Made by a program: the position numbers and the translations under genes. Under the pieces are notes generated by a model that was given only the letters and a program-made list of their open reading frames with translations, was not told the origin of the DNA and made no database searches. 64,000 nt of DNA from an uncultured Gammaproteobacteria bacterium (lineage in GTDB: Bacteria > Patescibacteriota > Microgenomatia > Daviesbacterales > UBA10151): positions 72,759-136,758 of the forward strand of contig CAYMRP010000002.1 of assembly GCA_964392925.1 (NCBI GenBank), given 5' to 3'. Of the stretch, positions 29,437-38,307 are shown in pieces; position 1 is the first letter of the stretch, and every line of letters begins with the position of its first letter.

Positions 29437-30080
29437 GTCGCTCCTCAGATATCGCATCAAAAATCTTACTCAAACTTAAAGCCGTCACTTTAAGTCCAAA
29501 TAAACCCTTTACTTACGCCTCCGGAATAATCTCCCCGGTTTATACAGACTGCCGCGTTTTAATTGGCTATCCTGAGGAGAGAAAACAAATCCGCGATTTA
29601 TATATTGAGGCTATTAAAAATTCAGGAGCAGAATTTGATATTGTAGCCGGAACTGCCACCGCCGGAATTCCTCACGCTGCTTGGATCGCCGAAGAATTAA
29701 ATCTGCCAATGATTTATGTTAGAGGTAAAGCCAAAGATCACGGCAAAGAAAACTTGGTTGAAGGTCCTCTAGAAAAAGGTCAAAAAGTCATAGTCATCGA
29801 AGACTTAGTTTCAACAGGAGAAAGCTCAATTAACAGCGTCAATGCTATTAGAAATCTTGGCGGCGAAGTCTCCCATGTTTTTTCAATCATCACCTACGGC
29901 ATCGGCAAAGGAGAAGAAGCTTTTAAAGAAAACAATCTCGAATTAATCTCATTAACAACATTTGAGCAAGTTGTTGAAGAAGCGAAAAGAATGGACTATA
30001 TAAATGAAGAAGAAACTGAAATAGTTCTCGATTGGGTTCAAGACCCCAAAGGCTGGGCCCAAAGGAGAGGACTGGAATGA
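29433..30080 (+). CDS. pyrE: orotate phosphoribosyltransferase
   Basis: 215 aa; PRPP-binding VIVIEDLVSTGES. Confidence 0.85.
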   Translation: MSRSSDIASKILLKLKAVTLSPNKPFTYASGIISPVYTDCRVLIGYPEERKQIRDLYIEAIKNSGAEFDIVAGTATAGIPHAAWIAEELNLPMIYVRGKAKDHGKENLVEGPLEKGQKVIVIEDLVSTGESSINSVNAIRNLGGEVSHVFSIITYGIGKGEEAFKENNLELISLTTFEQVVEEAKRMDYINEEETEIVLDWVQDPKGWAQRRGLE

Positions 30081-30183
30081 AATTTCTAATTAACCTAATT
30101 GACCTAATTTCTAAAGAAATCCAAATTTCTAAAAGCCATTCGGTATTTTTTAGGTCAATTAGAAATTAGAGTACTTAGAAATT

Positions 30184-31269
30184 ATGTCTAACATCATTAA
30201 ACTACCTGGATTAATAGACACTCACGTCCATCTCCGTGAACCCGGAAATACTCATAAAGAAGACTTCGAAACAGGCACTAAAGCCGCTATAGCTGGCGGA
30301 TACACCATGGTTATAGATATGCCAAATAACCCAAACCCAATTACTAATCCTCAAGCATTAGAAGAGAAAATCAAGTTAGCAGAAGGCCGAATTTATTCTG
30401 ATTTAGGTTTTCATTTTGGCGGAGCCGAATCTGCAGTTCCTTTTTTTGAAGAAGTAAAAGACAAGGTTTTCGGCTTAAAAGTCTACATGAATCACACAAC
30501 TGGCCCACTCTTAATCGAAGACCCTGGAGAACTCGATTTAATCTTCTCAAGTTGGCCCAAAGAAAAAGTCCTCATGGTTCACGCCGAACAAGAAACCTTA
30601 ACTAAAGCCATAAATCTCGCAAACAAACATGGCAACAAACTTCATGTCTGCCACGTAGCTAGAAAGACTGAACTTGAATTAATTATCAAGGCCAAATCCG
30701 AAGGCACGAATATCACTTGCGAAGTCGCCATGCATCACCTCTGTTTAACTCAAGCCGATGAGCAAAGATTAAAACATTTCGGTAGTATGCGCCCACCCCT
30801 CGCTTCCCCAGAAGACCAACAATTTCTTTGGGATAATATCGACTCAATAGACATAATCGCCTCAGATCACGCCCCTCACACCAAAGAAGAAAAAGAAGGA
30901 GAAACAGTAGTTAACGGCGTACCAGGCTTAGAAACCAGCCTACCCTTATTATTGCAAGCCGTGAACGATGAACGAATAACCATGAACAAATTAATCGAAT
31001 TAACTAGTACCAACCCAAGAAAAATCTTCAACATTCCTGAGCAACTCGACACATATGTTGAAGTCGACATGGATGAAGAATGGACAATAAAAAACGAAGA
31101 CCTCTACACCAAAGCCGGCTGGACACCATTCGCTGGAATGAAAATCAAAGGCCAAATCAAAAAAACAGTCCTAAGAGGTCGAACAGTTTTTGAAAATGGA
31201 AAAATACTAGAACTTCCAAAGGGAGAAGTTTGTTACCCACAACTAAACCCTTTACCAAGTACTTCTTAA
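30184..31269 (+). CDS. pyrC: dihydroorotase-like amidohydrolase
   Basis: 361 aa; DTHVHLREPG metal-binding start, amidohydrolase fold; in pyr cluster. Confidence 0.75.
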   Translation: MSNIIKLPGLIDTHVHLREPGNTHKEDFETGTKAAIAGGYTMVIDMPNNPNPITNPQALEEKIKLAEGRIYSDLGFHFGGAESAVPFFEEVKDKVFGLKVYMNHTTGPLLIEDPGELDLIFSSWPKEKVLMVHAEQETLTKAINLANKHGNKLHVCHVARKTELELIIKAKSEGTNITCEVAMHHLCLTQADEQRLKHFGSMRPPLASPEDQQFLWDNIDSIDIIASDHAPHTKEEKEGETVVNGVPGLETSLPLLLQAVNDERITMNKLIELTSTNPRKIFNIPEQLDTYVEVDMDEEWTIKNEDLYTKAGWTPFAGMKIKGQIKKTVLRGRTVFENGKILELPKGEVCYPQLNPLPSTS

Positions 31270-31890
31270 AGAATCAAAGTTCGGACCTATTACAACTAAA
31301 CCTCCAGCTTTTGCGACATCTGCAAAAGGTTTTCTTCCAAATGACCAGCGCGGAGCGGGAATTTCTGGTACCAATCCTGCCACCTCTGCAACCACCCTTG
31401 CGTCCATAGGCTGTTGTTCAAACGTGTAGTCAAAAGGTAAGTAGTGTTCTCGCGCTAACTCTGCAGCTGTATATTTTTTTACACCATAAGTCATTGGTGT
31501 TTCTTGAGGAAATAGATATAAATTTACATCTAACAGAATTTCTCGCTCTGGAAGATGTACCCTTAAATCCTTGATCATCCTTTGCATTGGTGTGCTAGCT
31601 GGTTCTTGATCAATAACTTGTAAATCAATATAACTTGTTCCAACATGCATCATTGTAATAGCAATGTCACGGTTAGGATATACATTGCCCACGAACTCGT
31701 TCAACCGGGGTACCTGTACTCTCGTTAGACTCTCTCTGCCAAACAAAACCATGAGTTCTTGATGAGGTGACGGAACTGTTATGGGGACAACTGCTGCCTC
31801 CCGAGAAAGCCTCTTCATTCTCTCATTTAATAGTCTTCTAGCTGATTCTGCTTCTTGAAAACCAGGAGTACGCCCTAAATCTCTATGCAT
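31252..31890 (-). CDS. hypothetical protein co-oriented downstream of pyrD
   Basis: 212-aa ORF, somewhat higher GC than neighbours; 18-nt convergent overlap with pyrC 3' end. Confidence 0.4.
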   Translation of the reverse strand: MHRDLGRTPGFQEAESARRLLNERMKRLSREAAVVPITVPSPHQELMVLFGRESLTRVQVPRLNEFVGNVYPNRDIAITMMHVGTSYIDLQVIDQEPASTPMQRMIKDLRVHLPEREILLDVNLYLFPQETPMTYGVKKYTAAELAREHYLPFDYTFEQQPMDARVVAEVAGLVPEIPAPRWSFGRKPFADVAKAGGLVVIGPNFDSLRSTW

Positions 31891-31927
31891 AGGCGTGGAT
31901 CATAGAATAAAAACATCTTATAGTCAA

Positions 31928-32998
31928 CTATAAGTTTAAACTCTTTATTTCCTCAGCTAATTTCGGATTCCACATTGCTCCGGTTGCACTCATTACCACA
32001 TCAGCCCCTGCATCTCTAAATTCTTTATAGTCGGAAGCGTTAGTAACTCCCCCAACTCCTGTAATTGAAAACTTTAACCCTTTTTCATCTCTAATCCTTT
32101 TCATCCTTTTAACAAAATCCAAACCTGCCCATTTTATACAATGCCCGCAAATCCCGGATCTCAATCTATTAGGCCCCGGCAAAGCCTGTTCGCCATTCTC
32201 ATCTCGAACCTCAGCCTGCAAAGTATTAATTCCAGCAACATCATCAGCATACTTATCAACAATCTCCGCCAACTTAACCATATCTGCATCTGACTTGTAG
32301 TATCCTACCTTCAAAATAAGCGGCGTGTTCCCAATAACTTCCCGGATTCCTTTAGCAATTTTTTCTGTAATCTCTAGGTTGTAGCAAACAAGCCCCTCAT
32401 TCCCAATATTTGGACAAGATAAATTCGCTTCCAAAACCGGAGCTCCAGTTTCATATGCGAGCTTCGCCGCCAAAACATAATCTGCAATAAATTCTTCCTG
32501 TGTTTGATCAGGCTTCACAGTTCCCATAAAAGACAAAACTAAAACCTGTCCTTTTCCTGCATAACTTAATGCTTTTTTAACATCCTCCTGCCAAACCTCA
32601 GGTTTTCTTGAAGGCACTCCAAATGAATTAGTAATAGAAATCGGATCCTGGTAATCAGTATTTGCAGTGAGAGGTTTTTCCAGCCTCTCGAGTGTTAAAT
32701 CCCCTTTAACATCCAAAGATAAAACATTAGGGAACGGGTGACATGGAAAATAATCAGACCTGACAGTTTTATAAACCACAATATCAAAACCCTCCTTAAA
32801 AGCCCCTTTAACATATTTTGAATTTAAAATTGGCCCCGCCGGAATTCCAAAAGGCAAATTAACTTTATAGCCTAGAAAATCGTAAGATGGTTCAGAAGAA
32901 TCTACAAATCTTTCAGAAGAAGCAAAATCACTAAACGGCCCTTTTTCATAATTATCCTCATAACTTAATGTCGGATCATAAAAAGGAGTCTTAAGCAT
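31928..32998 (-). CDS. pyrD: dihydroorotate dehydrogenase (class 1-like, with N-terminal extension)
   Basis: 356 aa; EANLSCPN active-site motif and C-terminal GVGGV...GADVV FMN-binding region. Confidence 0.8.
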   Translation of the reverse strand: MLKTPFYDPTLSYEDNYEKGPFSDFASSERFVDSSEPSYDFLGYKVNLPFGIPAGPILNSKYVKGAFKEGFDIVVYKTVRSDYFPCHPFPNVLSLDVKGDLTLERLEKPLTANTDYQDPISITNSFGVPSRKPEVWQEDVKKALSYAGKGQVLVLSFMGTVKPDQTQEEFIADYVLAAKLAYETGAPVLEANLSCPNIGNEGLVCYNLEITEKIAKGIREVIGNTPLILKVGYYKSDADMVKLAEIVDKYADDVAGINTLQAEVRDENGEQALPGPNRLRSGICGHCIKWAGLDFVKRMKRIRDEKGLKFSITGVGGVTNASDYKEFRDAGADVVMSATGAMWNPKLAEEIKSLNL

Positions 32999-33115
32999 TG
33001 TCGGTATAATACCAAAATCAACGAATCTTCACAATTCAGTCAACTTACTATATATTTTAAATAGTAAACTCCTACTCATTTACTACCCGATCGGAGAGTA
33101 AATGAAACGAATTAC

Positions 33116-33616
33116 TTAAAACCCTGGATCGCTCGATTCAATCACCAATACCCATTTTGAAATTCCCAATTCCTCAATGAACTTACGCATAACCAAAGTA
33201 CAATTTTTCTTTGTCGCCCAAACGCTTCGCTGGATTTTAACGAATCCCCACTCTTTTAATTTAAATCTTAATAAATCCCTCGCAATTCTTTGATCTTCTG
33301 GAATATCAAATATAATAATCCTCCAAATCCCGTCCCAAACTCCTATATCATCAAGCTGCAGCTTCGATCTAAAGACCTGATCTAGCCCCGAATCAGTCAA
33401 CTTAAAAACCACTTTTCCGACATCAACATACTCAACATAACCTCTTTCCTTCAATCTTTTTATTGCTTGTAGAATTAAAGGCTTGTTAATTTTTCTGGGA
33501 TATCCATATAAATACTTATGTGGATTATAAATAAAATCCTCTGCTCGGACATACCCTTCTAAAGACTTCTCCAAAGCAATTAGTATGAATTTAGCCAATC
33601 CTTTACTTGCTCTCAT
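33116..33616 (-). CDS. winged-HTH protein with C-terminal Cas2-like/PaaX_C-like domain
   Basis: 166 aa; C-terminal WRIIIFDIPEDQRIARDLLRFKLKEWGFVKIQRSVWA mirrors Cas2 beta1-helix-beta pattern. Confidence 0.5.
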   Translation of the reverse strand: MRASKGLAKFILIALEKSLEGYVRAEDFIYNPHKYLYGYPRKINKPLILQAIKRLKERGYVEYVDVGKVVFKLTDSGLDQVFRSKLQLDDIGVWDGIWRIIIFDIPEDQRIARDLLRFKLKEWGFVKIQRSVWATKKNCTLVMRKFIEELGISKWVLVIESSDPGF

Positions 33617-33701
33617 ATTTCATTAATATCACGATCGCAAAGTTAATGAAACATTCAATATTTTCCTCAGGCACGATTTGATATTAAATAACTAACGCAT
33701 C

Positions 33702-33729
33702 TTGTAACTTATTTTTTTTGATGTAGAAT
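33702..33729 (+). promoter_or_regulatory. putative sigma70 promoter for tdh (TTGTAA-16-TAGAAT), short or no leader
   Basis: -35 at 33702-33707, -10 at 33724-33729; first in-frame ATGs at 33732 and 33747. Confidence 0.35.
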
Positions 33730-33746
33730 AAATGTTACTGCTATTT

Positions 33747-34766
33747 ATGGCAAAAACAATGCTGGCTGTAGTCAAAGACAAACCCGCCCCTGGAGTAACT
33801 TTAAAGCAAGTCCCTATTCCGAAGCCTAAAAAAGACGAGGTCTTAATTAAAGTCCTCGGCGCATCAATCTGTGGAACTGATATTGGAATCTATGATTGGA
33901 TTCCTTGGGCAGAAGGCCATATTAAACCTCCCACAATCATCGGCCACGAAGTCGTCGGCGAAATAATCGAAATTAACACCAAAGAAAAAACCCATCTAAA
34001 AATAGGTGACTTAGTATCTTCTGAAACCCATATTTTTTGCTTAAACTGCTACCAATGTAAGATTAAAAACTATCACGTCTGTGAAAATATGGACCTTTTT
34101 GGGATAGGCAGAAACGGCGGATTTGCAGAGTACGCAACCATCCCTATTAGAACCACTTGGAAAAACAATCCTAAAATTCCTATTGAGGCTATGAGCGTCC
34201 AAGAACCTTTAGGAAATGCGGTCAATGTCGCCACCAAAGCTGGTGTTAAAGGAAAGAAAGTTTTAGTCATGGGTCTGGGACCAGCCGGACTTTGTGCCGG
34301 AGCTGCTGCTTGGGCTTTGGGAGCCAAAGAAGTAGTGGGAGTCAATGATGAGCCTTATCGCCGGAAACTAGCTGAAGAATCTGGGTGGTTCACCCGGATA
34401 ATTTCAAAAGTCCCCAAAAAAGAATATGGCACCTACGACGCTGTTCTGGAAATGAGCGGTAATCGCTTAGGAATTCAAATCGCTTTTGACGCAGTCAGAA
34501 TCGCTGGAAAAATTATTGCATTCGGAATCCCTAAAGAAGAAGTTACTTTAGATTGGGGGAAATATATGATTAATAAAGAGCTTTCCATTGAATCAGTTTT
34601 CGGCCGCCAAATTTGGGATACTTGGGAAAAAACTGATGAACTGTTAAGTTCCGGTAAAATTGACTTGAGGAAAACTATCACTCACACCTTCCCACTTTCT
34701 GAATTCGAGAAAGCCATGCAAATTATGAAAAGTCGAAAATGCGGTAAAATAGTTTTAAAACCATAA
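33747..34766 (+). CDS. tdh: L-threonine 3-dehydrogenase (zinc ADH family)
   Basis: Zn-ADH motifs (GHE..G, Cys cluster CLNCYQCK), GxGxxG; paired with kbl; ORF track start 33732, MAKTM start 33747 more likely. Confidence 0.85.
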   Translation: MAKTMLAVVKDKPAPGVTLKQVPIPKPKKDEVLIKVLGASICGTDIGIYDWIPWAEGHIKPPTIIGHEVVGEIIEINTKEKTHLKIGDLVSSETHIFCLNCYQCKIKNYHVCENMDLFGIGRNGGFAEYATIPIRTTWKNNPKIPIEAMSVQEPLGNAVNVATKAGVKGKKVLVMGLGPAGLCAGAAAWALGAKEVVGVNDEPYRRKLAEESGWFTRIISKVPKKEYGTYDAVLEMSGNRLGIQIAFDAVRIAGKIIAFGIPKEEVTLDWGKYMINKELSIESVFGRQIWDTWEKTDELLSSGKIDLRKTITHTFPLSEFEKAMQIMKSRKCGKIVLKP

Positions 34767-35968
34767 TGGATATTTACACCAAAGCAATTGATGAATTAAA
34801 AGAAAAAGGTCTCTATAACGACATCAAAATTATTGAGTCCGGTCAGGGCCCCTATCTAACTGTCAAAGGCGAAAAAAAACTTAATCTCTGTTCCAATAAT
34901 TATTTGGGACTCGCGAATAATCCTGATGTTAAAAATGCCGCAATTAAAGCAATTGAAAATTATGGTGTTGGAACCTCCTCTGTCAGAGCTTTATCCGGCA
35001 CCAATATTCTCCATATTAAACTGGAAGAGGCCTTAGCAAAATTTAAACACGCCGAAGCTGGTCTCGTGTTGCAAGGCGGTTACATGGCTAACCTCGCCGC
35101 GATTCAAACTCTTCTTGGAAAAGAAGATATCGTTATTTCTGATGAACTTAATCACGCATCAATAATAGATGCCATCAGATTAAGCGGGGTCAAAAATAAA
35201 TTTATCTATAAACACGCCGATCTTGAAAGTTTAAAAGAAAAATTAATAGAAGCCGCGGATTTAGCTAAGACCCCTAAATCAGATGGCCAACTGCCAATTA
35301 TGCTGATTGTTACTGATGGCGTTTTTTCCATGGACGGAGATCTCGCTCCACTTCCAGGTATTGTTAAACTCGCCAAAGAGTATGGAGCGTTAACCATGGT
35401 TGATGACGCACACGGTGAAGGTGTTTTAGGTGATCACGGCCGGGGAACAATCAATCACTTCAAGTTAGATGGCGAAATCGATCTTGATGTCGGCACTCTT
35501 TCAAAAGCTTTCGGTGTTATTGGAGGAATTATCACCGGCAAAAAAGACATTATCGAATATATCCGTCAAAGAGGCAGACAGTTTTTATTCTCCAACGGAT
35601 TATCCATTCCAGACACCGCAGCTTTACTCGAGGCCGTAAACATTCTGGAAAATTCTGATGAGCAGGTCAAAAAACTTTGGGATAATGCTAAACAACTAAA
35701 ACAGGGCTTACTTGAATTAGGCTTCGACTGCGGTAAAAGTGAAACTCCAATTACTCCAGTTATGATAGGCGATGAAAACAAAGCTAAAGAATTTTCTGCC
35801 AAACTTTTTGAAAAAGGAGTTTATGCAACAGCTATCAAATTCCCTATGGTCGCATTAGGCAAAGCCAGAATCCGCGCCATTCCCTCTGCAACTCATTCCA
35901 AAGAAGACATCGATCTTGCAATAAAAACCTTCGTAGAAGTCGGCCAAGAACTCCAAATAATCCACTGA
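34766..35968 (+). CDS. kbl: 2-amino-3-ketobutyrate CoA ligase (glycine C-acetyltransferase)
   Basis: 400 aa; PLP-dependent alpha-oxoamine synthase family, lysine in GTLSKAFG; 1-nt overlap with tdh. Confidence 0.85.
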   Translation: MDIYTKAIDELKEKGLYNDIKIIESGQGPYLTVKGEKKLNLCSNNYLGLANNPDVKNAAIKAIENYGVGTSSVRALSGTNILHIKLEEALAKFKHAEAGLVLQGGYMANLAAIQTLLGKEDIVISDELNHASIIDAIRLSGVKNKFIYKHADLESLKEKLIEAADLAKTPKSDGQLPIMLIVTDGVFSMDGDLAPLPGIVKLAKEYGALTMVDDAHGEGVLGDHGRGTINHFKLDGEIDLDVGTLSKAFGVIGGIITGKKDIIEYIRQRGRQFLFSNGLSIPDTAALLEAVNILENSDEQVKKLWDNAKQLKQGLLELGFDCGKSETPITPVMIGDENKAKEFSAKLFEKGVYATAIKFPMVALGKARIRAIPSATHSKEDIDLAIKTFVEVGQELQIIH

Positions 35969-35974
35969 CCTAAC

Positions 35975-37021
35975 CTATCTTAATCCACCTGTCACTTTAA
36001 CCTTAGCCAAAAGATCAAGATCATCAAGTAATTTATAGCACCCGCGAACCACAGTCGTTAATGGATCATCAGCTACCCACACCGGAATTTTTGTTTCCTC
36101 AGAAATCCTTTTATCAAGTCCGCGAATTAACGAACCCCCTCCAGTAATAACAATTCCTCTTTCCAATATATCCGACAAAAGCTCAGGGGGTGTCTCTTCT
36201 AAAACCTCATGTATCGCATTAATAATTTGAGCAATTGTTTCAGATAAAGCTTCCCTTATCTCAATCGATGTCACCTTAATTGATTTTGGTAAGCCTGACG
36301 ATAATTCCCTTCCCCTAACTACTGCCTCACGTTCTTTAATCAAAGATACTGCTGAACCAAGTTCAATTTTTACATCCTCTGCAGTTCTTTCTCCAATCAG
36401 CATCCCGTATCTCATTCTCATATAAGAGATAATATCTGCATCTAACTCGTCTCCAGCAATCCTTAAACTTCGGTTCAACACCATTCCACCTAAAGAAATA
36501 ACTGCAATTTCAGTTGTCCCACCGCCAATATCAACAACCATATTTCCCTCCGGCTCTTCAATTCTCATATTAGCTCCAATTGCATCTGCCATTGGCTCCT
36601 CAATCAAATAAGCTTCCCTTGCTCCAGCTGACATTGCCGCATCCTGGACTGCTCTTCTCTCAACTTCTGTTACTCCGGAAGGAATACCAATAACAACCCT
36701 CGGCCGTGGAATTTTAGGAAAACGGCTTGGAGTTTGATGAACTTTTTGAATGAAATGTCTCAACATTGCCTCTGTTGTATCAAAGTCCGAAATAACGCCG
36801 TCCTTTAATGGCCTGATTGCCTCAATTACTTGTGGCGTTCTACCTATCATTCTTTTGGCTTCTGTCCCAATTGCCAAAACCTGTTTTGTTTTTTTATGAA
36901 TCGCCACAACAGAAGGCTCGCGAATAACAATTCCTTTTCCGCGCACCGCGACTAAAGTGTTTACCGTGCCTAAATCGATACCAATATCATGTGAAATTAA
37001 CTGCCAAAACTTGGAGAACAT
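35975..37021 (-). CDS. mreB: rod shape-determining protein MreB
   Basis: Actin-fold motifs IGIDLGTVNT, DIGGGTTE; probable start MFSKFW at 37019-37021. Confidence 0.9.
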   Translation of the reverse strand: MFSKFWQLISHDIGIDLGTVNTLVAVRGKGIVIREPSVVAIHKKTKQVLAIGTEAKRMIGRTPQVIEAIRPLKDGVISDFDTTEAMLRHFIQKVHQTPSRFPKIPRPRVVIGIPSGVTEVERRAVQDAAMSAGAREAYLIEEPMADAIGANMRIEEPEGNMVVDIGGGTTEIAVISLGGMVLNRSLRIAGDELDADIISYMRMRYGMLIGERTAEDVKIELGSAVSLIKEREAVVRGRELSSGLPKSIKVTSIEIREALSETIAQIINAIHEVLEETPPELLSDILERGIVITGGGSLIRGLDKRISEETKIPVWVADDPLTTVVRGCYKLLDDLDLLAKVKVTGGLR

Positions 37022-37050
37022 AACGGGAGTCAGTTTAGCATAAGGCACGC

Positions 37051-38307
37051 TTACTGGGAACAGGTAAAGGGCGTATCTTTATGAAGTTTAATCATTCCTC
37101 CCCAATCAACTAATGTAAAACCCTCTCTTTTTGGAGTATTAATTAAAGGTTCTTCAACAACAATCGGCTCATCTAGCATTTGAAAATATAAACTAAATCT
37201 GATTGATGTATCCGGGTTAGGTGTAACATCTAGTCTTTCAAGGTAGTCTCTTTGTTCTTTTTCAATCAGACCTACAAAGTAATAAGCAGACTCAGGAAGT
37301 TTTTCCAACCAATAGTCTTTAAAATCTTTTTCTTCTTTTTTGTTAAGCCCGAGTTTTGGTAAAATTTCATCAAATAGATTTTGCATTTCAGATTGTTTAA
37401 TCACCCAACCTCGTGATGGCTTCTTAATTTCATTATCTAGTAATCTTGATTCATAATATAAATAACCACTCGAGATTGAACTGCTGTCCAACAAAGACAG
37501 CCCTCCGCGGGGATCTGCCCAAACTGTCCAGCCTGTTTCTTTATTATATGGTGGATCTGTATAGGATAATTCTCCTTTTGGAAATACTTTTACGTTAACT
37601 AGTTGTCTTCTTTTAGGATATAAATAGACTGCAGGTTTGCATTCCGGAGTCCACCAGGCCTTTGGCAATAGCTTCGACTGTTTAAGAATAAACCATTCAA
37701 GTTGTAATTGATCCCTATTCTCACTCGCATTTTGAGCGGGAACAATAACTTTTGGATTTATGATTGCAGTAGCCCCAACATCTATACATTTAAGAATATT
37801 TTGCGCATTCTGAATTGCAGGCTTACTTACATCCTGATAAATATCTATTAACGGATAACCTAATTTTTGTATTTCAACCAAGTCAGGATTATTCGAATCA
37901 TCTAGATGCTGAAGGTAAATTAACCCAAAGTCGCTAAAAGTAATATCCGTTACTCCATCGTCAGTATTAAAGTCGTAGCTGCGCCCCGCCCCTTCCTGTG
38001 GATTCAAGATTCTAAAGTTTCCACCATCAACCACAATATCACCCTTCTGCCCTACATGATGACCTCCCTGGAATCCACCTGGATTAACTGGGACATTCTG
38101 TTTTACTAATTTATATGTTACTCCTTCATATTCAAAAGTTGGGGGGTTAGGATCATTTATAAATTCTCTACAATATTGAGAGCCCCCTTCGCCTGAGGAT
38201 TTCATTGTCGGAAACTTCAGCGGGAATATCATAATTCCAATTAAAATAGCAAAGACAATTAAAACTATTTGAATTGTGTAGCCTTTTTGGTTAATCATTG
38301 TGAACAA
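37051..38307 (-). CDS. hypothetical secreted/membrane-anchored protein, paralog A
   Basis: 418 aa; N-terminal TM; C-terminal ~220 aa near-identical in architecture to the next ORF (both end ...GFTLVDWGGMIKLHKDTPFTCSQ). Confidence 0.6.
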   Translation of the reverse strand: MFTMINQKGYTIQIVLIVFAILIGIMIFPLKFPTMKSSGEGGSQYCREFINDPNPPTFEYEGVTYKLVKQNVPVNPGGFQGGHHVGQKGDIVVDGGNFRILNPQEGAGRSYDFNTDDGVTDITFSDFGLIYLQHLDDSNNPDLVEIQKLGYPLIDIYQDVSKPAIQNAQNILKCIDVGATAIINPKVIVPAQNASENRDQLQLEWFILKQSKLLPKAWWTPECKPAVYLYPKRRQLVNVKVFPKGELSYTDPPYNKETGWTVWADPRGGLSLLDSSSISSGYLYYESRLLDNEIKKPSRGWVIKQSEMQNLFDEILPKLGLNKKEEKDFKDYWLEKLPESAYYFVGLIEKEQRDYLERLDVTPNPDTSIRFSLYFQMLDEPIVVEEPLINTPKREGFTLVDWGGMIKLHKDTPFTCSQ

